Made by a program: the position numbers and the translations under genes. 64,000 bases of DNA from Pseudomonadota bacterium (GTDB lineage: Bacteria > Campylobacterota > Campylobacteria > Campylobacterales > Sulfurimonadaceae): contig JAZDQA010000008.1 of NCBI GenBank assembly GCA_043797085.1, positions 32,001 through 96,000 on the forward strand. The letters are read 5' to 3'. Under the pieces are notes generated by a model. The model had not been told where the DNA came from and ran no database searches. It was given only the letters and a program-made list of their open reading frames with translations. Shown here piece after piece: positions 50,510-59,630 of the stretch; position 1 is the first letter of the stretch, and every line of letters starts with the position of its first letter.

Positions 50510-51300
50510 AGACTTTTCATATCTTGGACAGCATGAGCGAGACCGGTAAAAATGGATCTGGCAATGATACTTTGACCAATGTTGAGCTCTTCTATCGTAG
50601 TGATGTTGACGATTTCTGTAACATTTTGATAATTTAGTCCATGTCCTGCGGCGACTTTTAATCCTAAACTTCGTGCATGATTCGCGGCTTCTACGACATC
50701 GCCATAGGCACTTTCAAGCCGTTCATCGAGTTGGGCTCGGCTAAGGCGCAATGAGTCAATAGCGTGATGAGAATGGGGAAGGCAACTGTGACGCATGGCA
50801 TAGATATTGGCATAGCTTCCTGTGTGCAGTTCTACCCATTGAGCCCCTAATTTAGAGGCAAGCTCTACCGCCTCTCGTGTAGGATCGATAAAAAGGGAGA
50901 CTTCGATTTCATGGGCTTTTAATGTATTAATAGTGTTTAATATTGATTCGTAGTGTCCTGATACATCGAGTCCTCCTTCGGTGGTTACTTCTTCTCGCTT
51001 TTCAGGAACAAGCGTCGCACGGTGAGGATGCAATGCACATACGATTTCTATTATCGCAGGATCTATCGCACACTCCAAATTGACAGGAAGCACAGAGGAT
51101 GCGATAATACGGCGAGTATCTTCATCATGGATATGGCGACGATCTTCTCGTAAATGAATCGTTATTTGATCCGCACCCGCTTGTGCGCAAATCGCTAATG
51201 CCATAAGTGGATCAGGATCATTGATCTTACGTGCTTCACGTAAAACTGCAATATGATCTATGTTGACACCTAGAGTCATTTTAGGCTTGCCGTTTTGCAT
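50497..51300 (-). CDS. pdxJ: Pyridoxine 5'-phosphate synthase
   Basis: LGVNIDH, HLREDRRHI, TTEGG, AGHGL, ELNIG. Confidence 0.96.
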   Translation of the reverse strand: MQNGKPKMTLGVNIDHIAVLREARKINDPDPLMALAICAQAGADQITIHLREDRRHIHDEDTRRIIASSVLPVNLECAIDPAIIEIVCALHPHRATLVPEKREEVTTEGGLDVSGHYESILNTINTLKAHEIEVSLFIDPTREAVELASKLGAQWVELHTGSYANIYAMRHSCLPHSHHAIDSLRLSRAQLDERLESAYGDVVEAANHARSLGLKVAAGHGLNYQNVTEIVNITTIEELNIGQSIIARSIFTGLAHAVQDMKSLCQR

Positions 51301-51395
51301 AAAAATCCTTTTGTATGATTTTAAATTTTCTTAAAGCTATTAACGAATTATACCGAACAATTAATGGCAAAAAAATAGGATACAAATACCCCCTC

Positions 51396-51411
51396 TCGCA
51401 CAAATCTTGCA
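51396..51411 (+). promoter_or_regulatory. Variant sigma-54-type promoter candidate upstream of nifN
   Basis: TCGCAC-AAATC-TTGCA: one change (GG to CG at -24) from TGGCAC-N5-TTGCA; suitably placed before SD AAGGAG and ATG 51438. Confidence 0.5.
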
Positions 51412-51437
51412 ATACAACTTTTAATCAAGGAGTTGCC

Positions 51438-52736
51438 ATGGAATTCTCCCTCAGCAAACACGAACATAAGCCTCTTCAAGTCAACCCGATCAAACACTCT
51501 CAGCCTATGGGAGCGACGCTTGCATTTTTAGGGGTAAAGGATTGTATGCCTCTTATGCATGGTGCTCAGGGGTGTGCGTCGTATACAAAGGTCTTTTTTA
51601 CCCGACATTTCAACGAACCTATCGCGATTAACAACACCTCGGTGAGCGACATCACTGCCGTTTTGGACGGTGGAGATTACTCGATATTGATGGCGATTGA
51701 GAATATCCAAAACAAAGAGAAAAACCTCAAACCCTCTATGATCGGTCTACATACGACAGGATTGACGGAGACTAAAGGGGATGATGTGCGCGGTGTGGGG
51801 ATGCATATTGAGATTCCGTATGTGTTTGTCAATACTCCCGATTATGAGGGGGGGATGGAGAGTGGCTGGGCGCTTACAGTGAGCGCGATGATCGAACAGC
51901 TCACTGTTTCTGCTACCGAGACCAAACCAAATAAACTCGTATTTCTTCCCCATTTGAGTACGCAACCGATTGAGGTGGAGAAGATCAAAGCGATGTGTGA
52001 GGATTTCGGGTTTGAGACCTACGCGCTCCCTGATCTTTCGACTTCACTGGACGGGTATTGGGAAGCGGGGCAGGGGAAACTCTCTAACGGCGGGATAACG
52101 GTCGATCAGATTCGTGATTTAGCCTCCTCTAGCGTTGTGGTCTCTATCGGTGCATCGATGAAAAAAGCGGCTTTGGCACTCCAAAAAAAGAACCCTGCGA
52201 TTGAACATATCCATTTTGATCATTTGATGGGATTGGATGGGTGCGACAATTTTGTAAGTGCATTGATGAAAATCCGACAAGATGAGCCAAAACCGATGAT
52301 AAAGCGGTGGCGTTCACGTTTGCAAGATGCGATGCTCGATTCGCACTTTCTCATCGGGAGTTCCCATTTCGTCATCACGGGTGAACCGGATATGCTGGCG
52401 GGAATGTGTGCGTTGATACGCAGTGTCGGCGGAACCATCGATGCAGCGGTATCTACGACGTTTAGTGATTCGCTGCATCTGATCGAAGCGGAGAATATTT
52501 TCGTTGGGGATTTGGAAGATGCACGACGCTTTTTTGATAAAGCGGATATGGTGATCAGTAATTTTCATGCAGAACGAATCTTGCATAGTTATCACGATAC
52601 GGCATTGGTAATACGAGGTTTCCCCAATTATGAAGAGTTAGGGAATCAGCTTAAAAACGATCAGCTGTATGAGGGAAGTACGTACTTTTTATTTGAAATA
52701 GCCAATGCACTCAGAAAGGTCAAACATGAACACTAA
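51438..52736 (+). CDS. nifN: Nitrogenase FeMo-cofactor scaffold subunit NifN
   Basis: NPIKHSQPMGA, HGAQGC, RHFNEPI, TTGLTET.GDD, LPDLS.SLDG, R.RLQDAMLD.H. Confidence 0.93.
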   Translation: MEFSLSKHEHKPLQVNPIKHSQPMGATLAFLGVKDCMPLMHGAQGCASYTKVFFTRHFNEPIAINNTSVSDITAVLDGGDYSILMAIENIQNKEKNLKPSMIGLHTTGLTETKGDDVRGVGMHIEIPYVFVNTPDYEGGMESGWALTVSAMIEQLTVSATETKPNKLVFLPHLSTQPIEVEKIKAMCEDFGFETYALPDLSTSLDGYWEAGQGKLSNGGITVDQIRDLASSSVVVSIGASMKKAALALQKKNPAIEHIHFDHLMGLDGCDNFVSALMKIRQDEPKPMIKRWRSRLQDAMLDSHFLIGSSHFVITGEPDMLAGMCALIRSVGGTIDAAVSTTFSDSLHLIEAENIFVGDLEDARRFFDKADMVISNFHAERILHSYHDTALVIRGFPNYEELGNQLKNDQLYEGSTYFLFEIANALRKVKHEH

Positions 52737-53178
52737 AATCACAATAGAGGGAAATGACATGATGGATAGCGCTTTGCGAGTTGCTTTTGCAACCAAAGAT
52801 ATGGAAGAGATCAACGCCCACTTCGGAGGGGCAAAAGAGTTTGTGGTGTACAACGTTTCTAAAGACGGTTATGAAGTTTCTGAGGTGATTAAAACCGACA
52901 GTACTGATCCCGAGGATGATGATAAAACCGATTATCGTGTTCGTGCATTGAAAGGTGTCAACATCATGTACTGCGAGAGTATCGGCGGTACGGCGGCGGC
53001 AAAAGTGATCCGTGCAGGGATTCATCCGATGAAAGTGAGTGAATCAACGTTAATCGAAGATGTCCTCAAGACTTTAGTAGGAATGATTAATGGCAATCCG
53101 CCACCGTGGATAAAACAGATTATACAAATGAAAACCGAACACGATGTTCGACAAGACCGATGGGCAGTGGGCGAATGA
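52726..53178 (+). CDS. nifX: FeMo-co carrier NifX
   Basis: VAFAT.D..INAHFG.A, IGGTAAAKV..AGIHPMK, PPPW; follows nifN. Confidence 0.88.
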   Translation: MNTKITIEGNDMMDSALRVAFATKDMEEINAHFGGAKEFVVYNVSKDGYEVSEVIKTDSTDPEDDDKTDYRVRALKGVNIMYCESIGGTAAAKVIRAGIHPMKVSESTLIEDVLKTLVGMINGNPPPWIKQIIQMKTEHDVRQDRWAVGE

Positions 53179-53190
53179 TAAATGAGCATT

Positions 53191-53256
53191 GGGCTTCCTG
53201 CCGAAGGAAACTCAGCGTTAGCGTAGTCAAGAGGGGCTTAGCTCCTTTGGCGTATA
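53191..53256. repeat. GC-rich multi-hairpin intergenic element
   Basis: TTCCT-GCCGA-AGGAA and AGGGGC-TTA-GCTCCT hairpins in an AT-rich background. Confidence 0.5.
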
Positions 53257-53275
53257 AAAATTAAAGGTAATAATT

Positions 53276-53731
53276 ATGGAAGCAGAAAAAACAATGAATC
53301 CTTTTGGTGTGGAACTTATCCGCCAAATCCGTGCGCTTGATCAGTTTGGAAATTGGGCAAAAATTACGGATGATGAATTACTCATCAAGAAATACGTCAA
53401 GACCAAAGAGGAGCTAAAAGCCGTTCCTGTAATCGCGGATATTGATGAGATGATGATAAATGACATCAAAATGATCTACAAAGCGATTGCATTATCGTTC
53501 GAGCGCCAAACGGGTGTTGTGTGCAATGTTATCATGGAGATGAGCCATGAGGGATTTGGTCGATGCGCGGTTCTTACAGATCGTATTTGTATCGTGGACA
53601 AGTATTTTAAAGATGCACACCGTTTTAGCTTTCGTACCCTTGACGCATTGTTCGAAGAAGGGGACAAAAATTTGGCTAAAGCGATTGCAATCTATGAACA
53701 ATTTAAACCATGTAATGGTCAACAGGGGTAA
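53276..53731 (+). CDS. NifX-associated protein (DUF269)
   Basis: ELIRQIRALDQFG.W, MSHEGFGR, KDAHRF.F. Confidence 0.88.
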   Translation: MEAEKTMNPFGVELIRQIRALDQFGNWAKITDDELLIKKYVKTKEELKAVPVIADIDEMMINDIKMIYKAIALSFERQTGVVCNVIMEMSHEGFGRCAVLTDRICIVDKYFKDAHRFSFRTLDALFEEGDKNLAKAIAIYEQFKPCNGQQG

Positions 53732-53734
53732 AAA

Positions 53735-54250
53735 ATGGCAACAATAGGTATATTTTTCGGTAGCAGCAGTGGAGTGACGCGGGGAGCGGCAGAGCTTTTG
53801 TCTGAACAACTTTCAGGTTCTGAATTGATAGATATGGAAGAAGATTTTGACGGGATTGAGCAGTTTGAGGAGTTTGATGTTCTTCTCCTTGGTTCTTCCA
53901 CATGGGGGCAGGGTGATCCGCAACGCGACTGGGTTGATCCGTTATATGATCTTGGGAACGACACTCCTGATCTTAGCGGTAAAAAAGTAGCTTTTTTCGG
54001 TGCCGGTGATCAGAAGACGCACGGGGAACATTTTCTAAGCGCTCTTGGAAAAATGCATGATTTGTTTGTATCTTTGGGTGCGCAAGCGTATGGATTTACC
54101 TCTACCGATGGATATGACTATAAATATTCTCTAGCCGAGCGTGACGGGAAATTTTGCGGGCTTGGAATCGATGATGTGAACCAAGAAGATTTGACCGAAG
54201 AACGTGTTGTCGGTTGGGCAAACCAGCTCAAAATTGAGATGGGATTATAA
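53735..54250 (+). CDS. Long-chain flavodoxin (NifF-like)
   Basis: GSSSGVT, GSSTWGQG, FGAGDQ, GLGIDD.NQ. Confidence 0.92.
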   Translation: MATIGIFFGSSSGVTRGAAELLSEQLSGSELIDMEEDFDGIEQFEEFDVLLLGSSTWGQGDPQRDWVDPLYDLGNDTPDLSGKKVAFFGAGDQKTHGEHFLSALGKMHDLFVSLGAQAYGFTSTDGYDYKYSLAERDGKFCGLGIDDVNQEDLTEERVVGWANQLKIEMGL

Positions 54251-54260
54251 GGAGATTACG

Positions 54261-54635
54261 ATGGGAACGTTAAACGAATTTCAACATATTACAGACACTG
54301 AGGAGTTTTTCGAGTTTTTCGATTTGGCATACGATGAGCGTCTTGTAAATTCAAAACGGTTTCATATCATGAAAAAATTTGGTGAAATGGTCGAAAAATC
54401 CAAAGGTCATGATATGGGCAGTGATGAAAAATTACTTGAGTTCTATAAATTTGCTCTCATCAGTGTGTATAAAAATTTTGAAAACGGTTACAGCCCATCT
54501 GCTGCCGATGTTTGGGAAATGTTTGATAAACCCAGCGGATGCGGTACATGTGCAACGTCCACAAGTTGTAATGATGTAGAGGAGGTGAGTCATGGAGTCC
54601 ATGCCTGTACAAGCCAAGCCACAATTACATTCTGA
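54261..54635 (+). CDS. nifW: Nitrogenase-stabilising protein NifW
   Basis: L.EF..ITDTEEFFEFFDLAYD..LVN.KRFHIMKKF; SD AAGGAG. Confidence 0.85.
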   Translation: MGTLNEFQHITDTEEFFEFFDLAYDERLVNSKRFHIMKKFGEMVEKSKGHDMGSDEKLLEFYKFALISVYKNFENGYSPSAADVWEMFDKPSGCGTCATSTSCNDVEEVSHGVHACTSQATITF

Positions 54636-55038
54636 AGAAGAGATGCCTATCAATGATGAGGCACGAAAAACCAATCTCTATAAGATGTCAACCAAAGATG
54701 AGATTTTATCTCTCTACCGAGTCGGACAGAGGGTTCGATTGGTAAAAGCGATACGAAATGACGGAACCTATCCGCATGCTGGGGTTGGTGATACTCTCGT
54801 TGAGGCAGGGTCAGAGGGTTATGTTCGTAAAATCGGTGATTTTTTACAGACAATTCGAGTATATGAAGTGAACTTTATCGAAGAGGGTTTGACCTTCGGA
54901 TGCCGTGAAGCGGAACTGGAAAGTGCACTCGAAGACGACGGATACGATGAGGTCGCCGAAGAGCTGCAATGGCTCAAAGAACATCGTGCGCAACGTGCCG
55001 CAGAAAAATTGGCGCAATCTCAAGAAGAGGGGGAATAA
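54592..55038 (+). CDS. nifZ: Nitrogenase maturation protein NifZ
   Basis: GQRVR....IRNDGTYP, G.FLQ..RVY.V.F, GCREAEL; SD GGAGG. Confidence 0.92.
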   Translation: MESMPVQAKPQLHSEEEMPINDEARKTNLYKMSTKDEILSLYRVGQRVRLVKAIRNDGTYPHAGVGDTLVEAGSEGYVRKIGDFLQTIRVYEVNFIEEGLTFGCREAELESALEDDGYDEVAEELQWLKEHRAQRAAEKLAQSQEEGE

Positions 55039-55125
55039 TATCGACTCTTCTGAGATTTTTGCATATCGTATCAAGATGAATTGGTGCCCTTGGGGCTAAA
55101 TAATGTAATTAACAAAGGAGTTGGG

Positions 55126-55416
55126 ATGACAACACGTGTAGAAATTATAAATGACTTTTTGGCAATCAACGTCATACCGGGTAAAACGATTCAAGATATC
55201 GTTGAAGCATCGGGAAGTGCATTGCCGTTTGGCTGTCGTGATGGCGAATGCGGTACTTGTGTAGTGATGATCGAATCAGGGATGGAGTTCATGAGCCCTA
55301 TCAATGATAAAGAAAAAGCGGTGCTTAAAACAGTGGGTGAAACCAGTGCAAAAGCACGTCTTGCTTGTCAAATGAAAGTTATCGCCCCAAATGGATTGGT
55401 ACGGGTTAAATATTAA
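55126..55416 (+). CDS. 2Fe-2S ferredoxin
   Basis: FGCRDGECGTC...RLACQ; SD AAGGAG. Confidence 0.92.
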   Translation: MTTRVEIINDFLAINVIPGKTIQDIVEASGSALPFGCRDGECGTCVVMIESGMEFMSPINDKEKAVLKTVGETSAKARLACQMKVIAPNGLVRVKY

Positions 55417-55436
55417 TACGTATATATACGCATTTT

Positions 55437-55511
55437 GTCATTCCGTGCTACGACACGGAATCCAGTGCTCTTAAATCCAGGAGATGGATCCCGTATCAAG
55501 TACGGGATGAC
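55437..55511. repeat. Inverted pair of REP-like palindromes (REPIN-like)
   Basis: GTCATTCCGTGCTACGACACGGAATCCA (55437-55464) and, on the minus strand, GTCATCCCGTACTTGATACGGGATCCA (55485-55511). Confidence 0.8.
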
Positions 55512-55624
55512 GAGAAATCTGCCTCTTTTTTAATCACTTATATCTTTCATAATCCTCTATAATACTTATTGAGAACAAAATATGCAGTCTCTTGGATAGA
55601 TTTATAGATTTTAGGTGGATTATT

Positions 55625-56890
55625 ATGCAAACAACTCTCTCTTATAAACAAAAACAACTCCCACGACTTTCGATGCAGACATGGCTTCCATTGTTGCAAT
55701 GTTCCCTCAATGATCTTGAAAAACATTTACAAGTTATAACCAATGAAAATCCATGTATAGAGATGAAATCAGGTTTTGAAGAGTCCAATGCACAAGCAGG
55801 AGGTGCATCGGCGTACGGTGCATTTCAAAACTATGTTTCGAATGCTTCGAGTGATCAGATTGAATGGCTTAGTATCTCTTCGACTTCATTGTATGAAAAA
55901 CTGGATGAGCAAATTGTAGCACCACTTTTTCCAACCCCAATATCTCAAAAAATTGCTCGACAGATCATCTATTACATCAGTGATGAGGGATATTTTGAGG
56001 GAAATGTGGAAGAGATCGCCCAGCAATGTGATACGGATTCTCATACGGTTGAGCGTGTACGTCAACGGTTTGCGCATTTAGAGCCTTCCGGCGTGGGAGC
56101 GTGTGATTACAAAGAGTCCTTTTTGTTTCAGCTCAATGATTATGAACTGGATGATGATTTGAGTATCTTGCTCTCTGCTATGATTTTACAGTTCGATAAG
56201 ATGGAGAAATTTATCAAAAACCCTCGTTTTGGAGATGCAAAACACGTACTGCAACATCTCAAAAATCCTCCGGCGTTGGAATACATGGAGCCTGAAACGC
56301 AAATTATTCCTGATTTATTTGTCGAGTTTTCAGGATCGGAGTTGAACATTCGGATTAATCATACTTTTTATCCCGATTTAAAAGTCAGTATGATCGATAA
56401 GTACGATAATTTTGCCAAACAAAAATTCAAAGAGGCACGCGAACTCGTCAAACTTCTCGATTTGCGCAAAGCAACTCTCTATAACGTTGCCTTGGTATTG
56501 ATCGAGAAACAGTACAGCTTTTTTATGGGAGGAGAACTTAAACCGCTTCGCCTCCAAGATGTTGCCGATGAACTGGGCTTTAATGAATCCACGATTTCCA
56601 GAGCAATTTCGGATAAATACATGCAAACTGAGCGAGGGTTGTATCCCTTTAAAGATTTTTTCTCCAACTGCATCGGAGAAGTATCGACTTCAGAGATTAA
56701 ACACTTTTTGAAACGGCTTGTTTTGAGTGAAAATAAAGATGATCCGTTTAGTGATAAAACACTGCATGAGATGATCGAAGAGCGATTTGGGGTAAAAATG
56801 GTACGACGGCTTATTGCTAAATATCGTCAAGAACTTGATATTCCATCGTATAAAGAACGATTGTTTTTATATAAGCTAGAGCTGCTTTAA
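55625..56890 (+). CDS. rpoN: Second sigma-54 factor (nif-cluster paralog)
   Basis: WLPLLQ region I, APLFPTP, NPPA, ESTISRAI.DKY HTH, RpoN box variant VRRLIAKYR. Confidence 0.92.
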   Translation: MQTTLSYKQKQLPRLSMQTWLPLLQCSLNDLEKHLQVITNENPCIEMKSGFEESNAQAGGASAYGAFQNYVSNASSDQIEWLSISSTSLYEKLDEQIVAPLFPTPISQKIARQIIYYISDEGYFEGNVEEIAQQCDTDSHTVERVRQRFAHLEPSGVGACDYKESFLFQLNDYELDDDLSILLSAMILQFDKMEKFIKNPRFGDAKHVLQHLKNPPALEYMEPETQIIPDLFVEFSGSELNIRINHTFYPDLKVSMIDKYDNFAKQKFKEARELVKLLDLRKATLYNVALVLIEKQYSFFMGGELKPLRLQDVADELGFNESTISRAISDKYMQTERGLYPFKDFFSNCIGEVSTSEIKHFLKRLVLSENKDDPFSDKTLHEMIEERFGVKMVRRLIAKYRQELDIPSYKERLFLYKLELL

Positions 56891-56919
56891 ACGCGCACAA
56901 CTTCCTCTATTTCTACTTC

Positions 56920-56943
56920 TACAACAGCTATTTCGCTGTTGTA
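56920..56943 (+). terminator. Hairpin downstream of the second rpoN (terminator or operator)
   Basis: Perfect 9-bp stem TACAACAGC-TATTTC-GCTGTTGTA; no U-tract. Confidence 0.4.
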
Positions 56944-57103
56944 ATTATAAGACACAAGAACTTCTTTTTGTAATCATCCTGCAACATTTACTTCTATAAA
57001 CATAGCTATATCACAATTGTGATTTTTTTGTGATACTTTAACAATAAGATTGCTGAAATTTGAAAGTCTCTGAAATCACACATAATGCATAGAGGTAGTA
57101 AAA

Positions 57104-57490
57104 ATGGCAAAAAGAGTAATAATCGTCGATGATTCCAGAGCAGTAGTTGCGACGGCAGAATTAGCACTGGATGGGTTGATTAGCAGTGGTGTGATCGAGT
57201 TTAAATCGTATTTGAATCCATTGGAGTTATTGGGTGCATTGCAAGCGGGAAACGAGAATTTCGATCTGCTCATCAGCGATGTTAATATGCCTGAGATGAA
57301 TGGTTTGGATTTGGCGCGATTGATTAAAGCCGATGATCGATACAAAACAAAACCCATCATTATTTTGACTACCGAAAGTTCAGAACAGATGAAAATGGTC
57401 GGTAAAGAGATCGGAGTTACAGGATGGATGGTCAAGCCTTTTAGTGAAGAGAAGCTGGTGAAATCCCTCAAAATGGTATTGGGGGTATAG
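57104..57490 (+). CDS. cheY: Chemotaxis response regulator CheY
   Basis: VDDS, DVNMP.MNG, LTTE, GW.VKPF; heads a che operon. Confidence 0.88.
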   Translation: MAKRVIIVDDSRAVVATAELALDGLISSGVIEFKSYLNPLELLGALQAGNENFDLLISDVNMPEMNGLDLARLIKADDRYKTKPIIILTTESSEQMKMVGKEIGVTGWMVKPFSEEKLVKSLKMVLGV

Positions 57491-57492
57491 CA

Positions 57493-57990
57493 ATGGAGTC
57501 CAATATCGTCCAGTCACGAAAGGAACGCTACCTCACTTTTTTCCTAGGAGAGGAACAATACGGAATCTCAATCGATCGGATCAAAGAGATCATTGCGATG
57601 ATGAAAGTGACTCAAGTGCCTAAAACTCCCCACTATATGCGTGGCGTGATCAATTTGCGCGGATCCATCATCCCAGTAGTGGATACTCGTCTTCGTTTTG
57701 GGATGGAGCCGCAAGAAGAAACGATGCACACGGCAATCATCATTGTCGAAGTGGAAAAAGTAAATATTGGATTTATCGTGGATCGTGTCGAAGAGGTTGC
57801 CTCTATCGATACGGCACGTTTGAGTGAGCCTCCGAAATTTGGCAGTCATATCGATACTGATTTCATTTGCGCTATGGCCCAGATCGAAGAAAATGTTGTG
57901 ATGATTTTGGATGTAATCAAGCTTTTTGAAGCCGATGAGTTGGTGAGTTTAGAACAAATACAGCAAATACAAATGCGTGAGGGAGAATGA
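57493..57990 (+). CDS. cheW: Chemotaxis coupling protein CheW
   Basis: YLTF.L..E.YG, GVINLRG.IIPV, VD.V.EV. Confidence 0.93.
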   Translation: MESNIVQSRKERYLTFFLGEEQYGISIDRIKEIIAMMKVTQVPKTPHYMRGVINLRGSIIPVVDTRLRFGMEPQEETMHTAIIIVEVEKVNIGFIVDRVEEVASIDTARLSEPPKFGSHIDTDFICAMAQIEENVVMILDVIKLFEADELVSLEQIQQIQMREGE

Positions 57991-57991
57991 G

Positions 57992-59629
57992 ATGAATTGG
58001 TTAGAAAATATGGTGCTACAAACTAAATTGGTATTATTAACCGCAGTTATGATGATTGCTCTTGCTACGTTAGGGTATTTGGGGTACAGTACAACACAAA
58101 AATGGGAAAGTGGAATCACAGAAGTAGGGGGAGTAAAGCTTCCATCTATCGTTGGTATCATGGAAATGCGTACGGGGATCAATCAAGTAGTGATTCAGCA
58201 AAATCGTGTACGAGCACTTAAAGATGATCCAATGATGAACGCAAAGCTTGAAGATGCTCGCGAAAAGCTTGTTAAAGGATTTGAGCGGTTTGACAAAGGG
58301 TATAAAATTTATGCACCGCTTCCGCAAACGCCCGAAGAGGCTATCGAGTGGAAAAGTTTTGAAGAAAATTTTGGTAAATGGAAAGAAATGAGTTTATCGT
58401 TTCGTGCCAATACTCTGGTTCCTTTGATAAACAATACCGATCCGGCAATGGTAGATGTCTATTTCGAGCAAATGAAAGAGTTTATTGAATCAAGCCGTGC
58501 TCCTCGTCAGGCGGCATTGGAAAGTATGGATAAAATCGCTAAGATTAATATTGATGGTGCAGATGCAGCGGTTAAGACGGCACAAAAAGATTCAAGCAGT
58601 GCGGTACAAATGACCATTCTAATCATCCTTATTTCTTTTGCAATATCGATACTATTGGCAATACTGATCATTCGTTCCATTACCCGCTCTATCACATCAA
58701 GCGTTACTTCTATCCGTGATGGCGCGATGCAAATCACTTCGGCTTCCGATCAAGTAGCTGCATCGTCTTCCTCTCTTGCACAAGGTGCCAGTGAACAAGC
58801 GTCAAGCGTTGAAGAGGTAAGTGCAACATTAGAAGAGAGTACGGCGATCAATACACAAAATACCGATAACGCACGTCAAGCCGATATTTTGGCTAAAAAT
58901 GCCAATGATTCTGCACGTGCAGGATTTGAAAAAGGGGAACAGCTTTCTCGTTCCATGCACGCTATTACCGATTCAGCGGCAAAAATATCAGGAATCATAA
59001 AAACTATCGATCAAATCGCATTCCAAACCAATCTTTTGGCGCTCAATGCAGCCGTTGAAGCGGCGCGTGCGGGTGAACATGGTTTGGGCTTTGCCGTTGT
59101 AGCTGATGAAGTGCGTAATCTCGCACAACGTGCGGCATCTGCAGCAAAAGAGACCTCGGTGATTATCGAAGAGGTTGTCTCTCAGATCAAAGAGGGAAAT
59201 CAAATCGCCCTCGCAACCCATACATCATTCCAAGAAATTGTCGAACAGTCGAAAAAAGTGTCTAATCTTATAGGTGAAATCGCCATTGCCGGTAAAGAAC
59301 AAGCAGAGGGTATGACCCAAATCAATCAAGCTATGGGGCAAGTCGATCAAGTGACACAGCAAGTTGCTGCAAACTCGGAAGAAGCCGCTGCGGCTGCTGA
59401 AGAGCTTAATGCTCAAGCTACTTCGATGATGGAAACTGTACGAATACTTGCTCAAATGGTTGGAATGACAACAGATGCTCCAGCAACAAAAGCAAAACCG
59501 CTCCGTCATTTAGAGATGAAAGCTCCAGTAGCTCAACGTAGAACTATGAATATTCCTCAAAGCAGAGGCTCTTCCACTAAAGCGGATGATATTTTTCCTC
59601 TCCATGAAGATGATTTGAAAGAGTTCTAA
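57992..59629 (+). CDS. Methyl-accepting chemotaxis protein (4HB sensor) with C-terminal pentapeptide
   Basis: Two TM segments, IAFQTNLLALNAAVEAARAGEHG.GFAVVA.EVR, C-terminus DLKEF. Confidence 0.93.
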   Translation: MNWLENMVLQTKLVLLTAVMMIALATLGYLGYSTTQKWESGITEVGGVKLPSIVGIMEMRTGINQVVIQQNRVRALKDDPMMNAKLEDAREKLVKGFERFDKGYKIYAPLPQTPEEAIEWKSFEENFGKWKEMSLSFRANTLVPLINNTDPAMVDVYFEQMKEFIESSRAPRQAALESMDKIAKINIDGADAAVKTAQKDSSSAVQMTILIILISFAISILLAILIIRSITRSITSSVTSIRDGAMQITSASDQVAASSSSLAQGASEQASSVEEVSATLEESTAINTQNTDNARQADILAKNANDSARAGFEKGEQLSRSMHAITDSAAKISGIIKTIDQIAFQTNLLALNAAVEAARAGEHGLGFAVVADEVRNLAQRAASAAKETSVIIEEVVSQIKEGNQIALATHTSFQEIVEQSKKVSNLIGEIAIAGKEQAEGMTQINQAMGQVDQVTQQVAANSEEAAAAAEELNAQATSMMETVRILAQMVGMTTDAPATKAKPLRHLEMKAPVAQRRTMNIPQSRGSSTKADDIFPLHEDDLKEF

Positions 59630-59630
59630 G

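Noticed and set aside
51365..51380. TGGCAA-AAAAA-TAGGA as the nifN sigma-54 promoter
   Set aside because: Has -24 GG but no TTGC -12 element; a weaker match than 51396-51411, though not formally excluded
51301..51395. NifA upstream activator site (TGT-N10-ACA)
   Set aside because: No correctly spaced match found by eye
55083..55097. GG-N10-GC spacing upstream of the ferredoxin gene as a sigma-54 promoter
   Set aside because: Flanking bases (TGGTGC/GGGCT) fit poorly; better explained as a small hairpin
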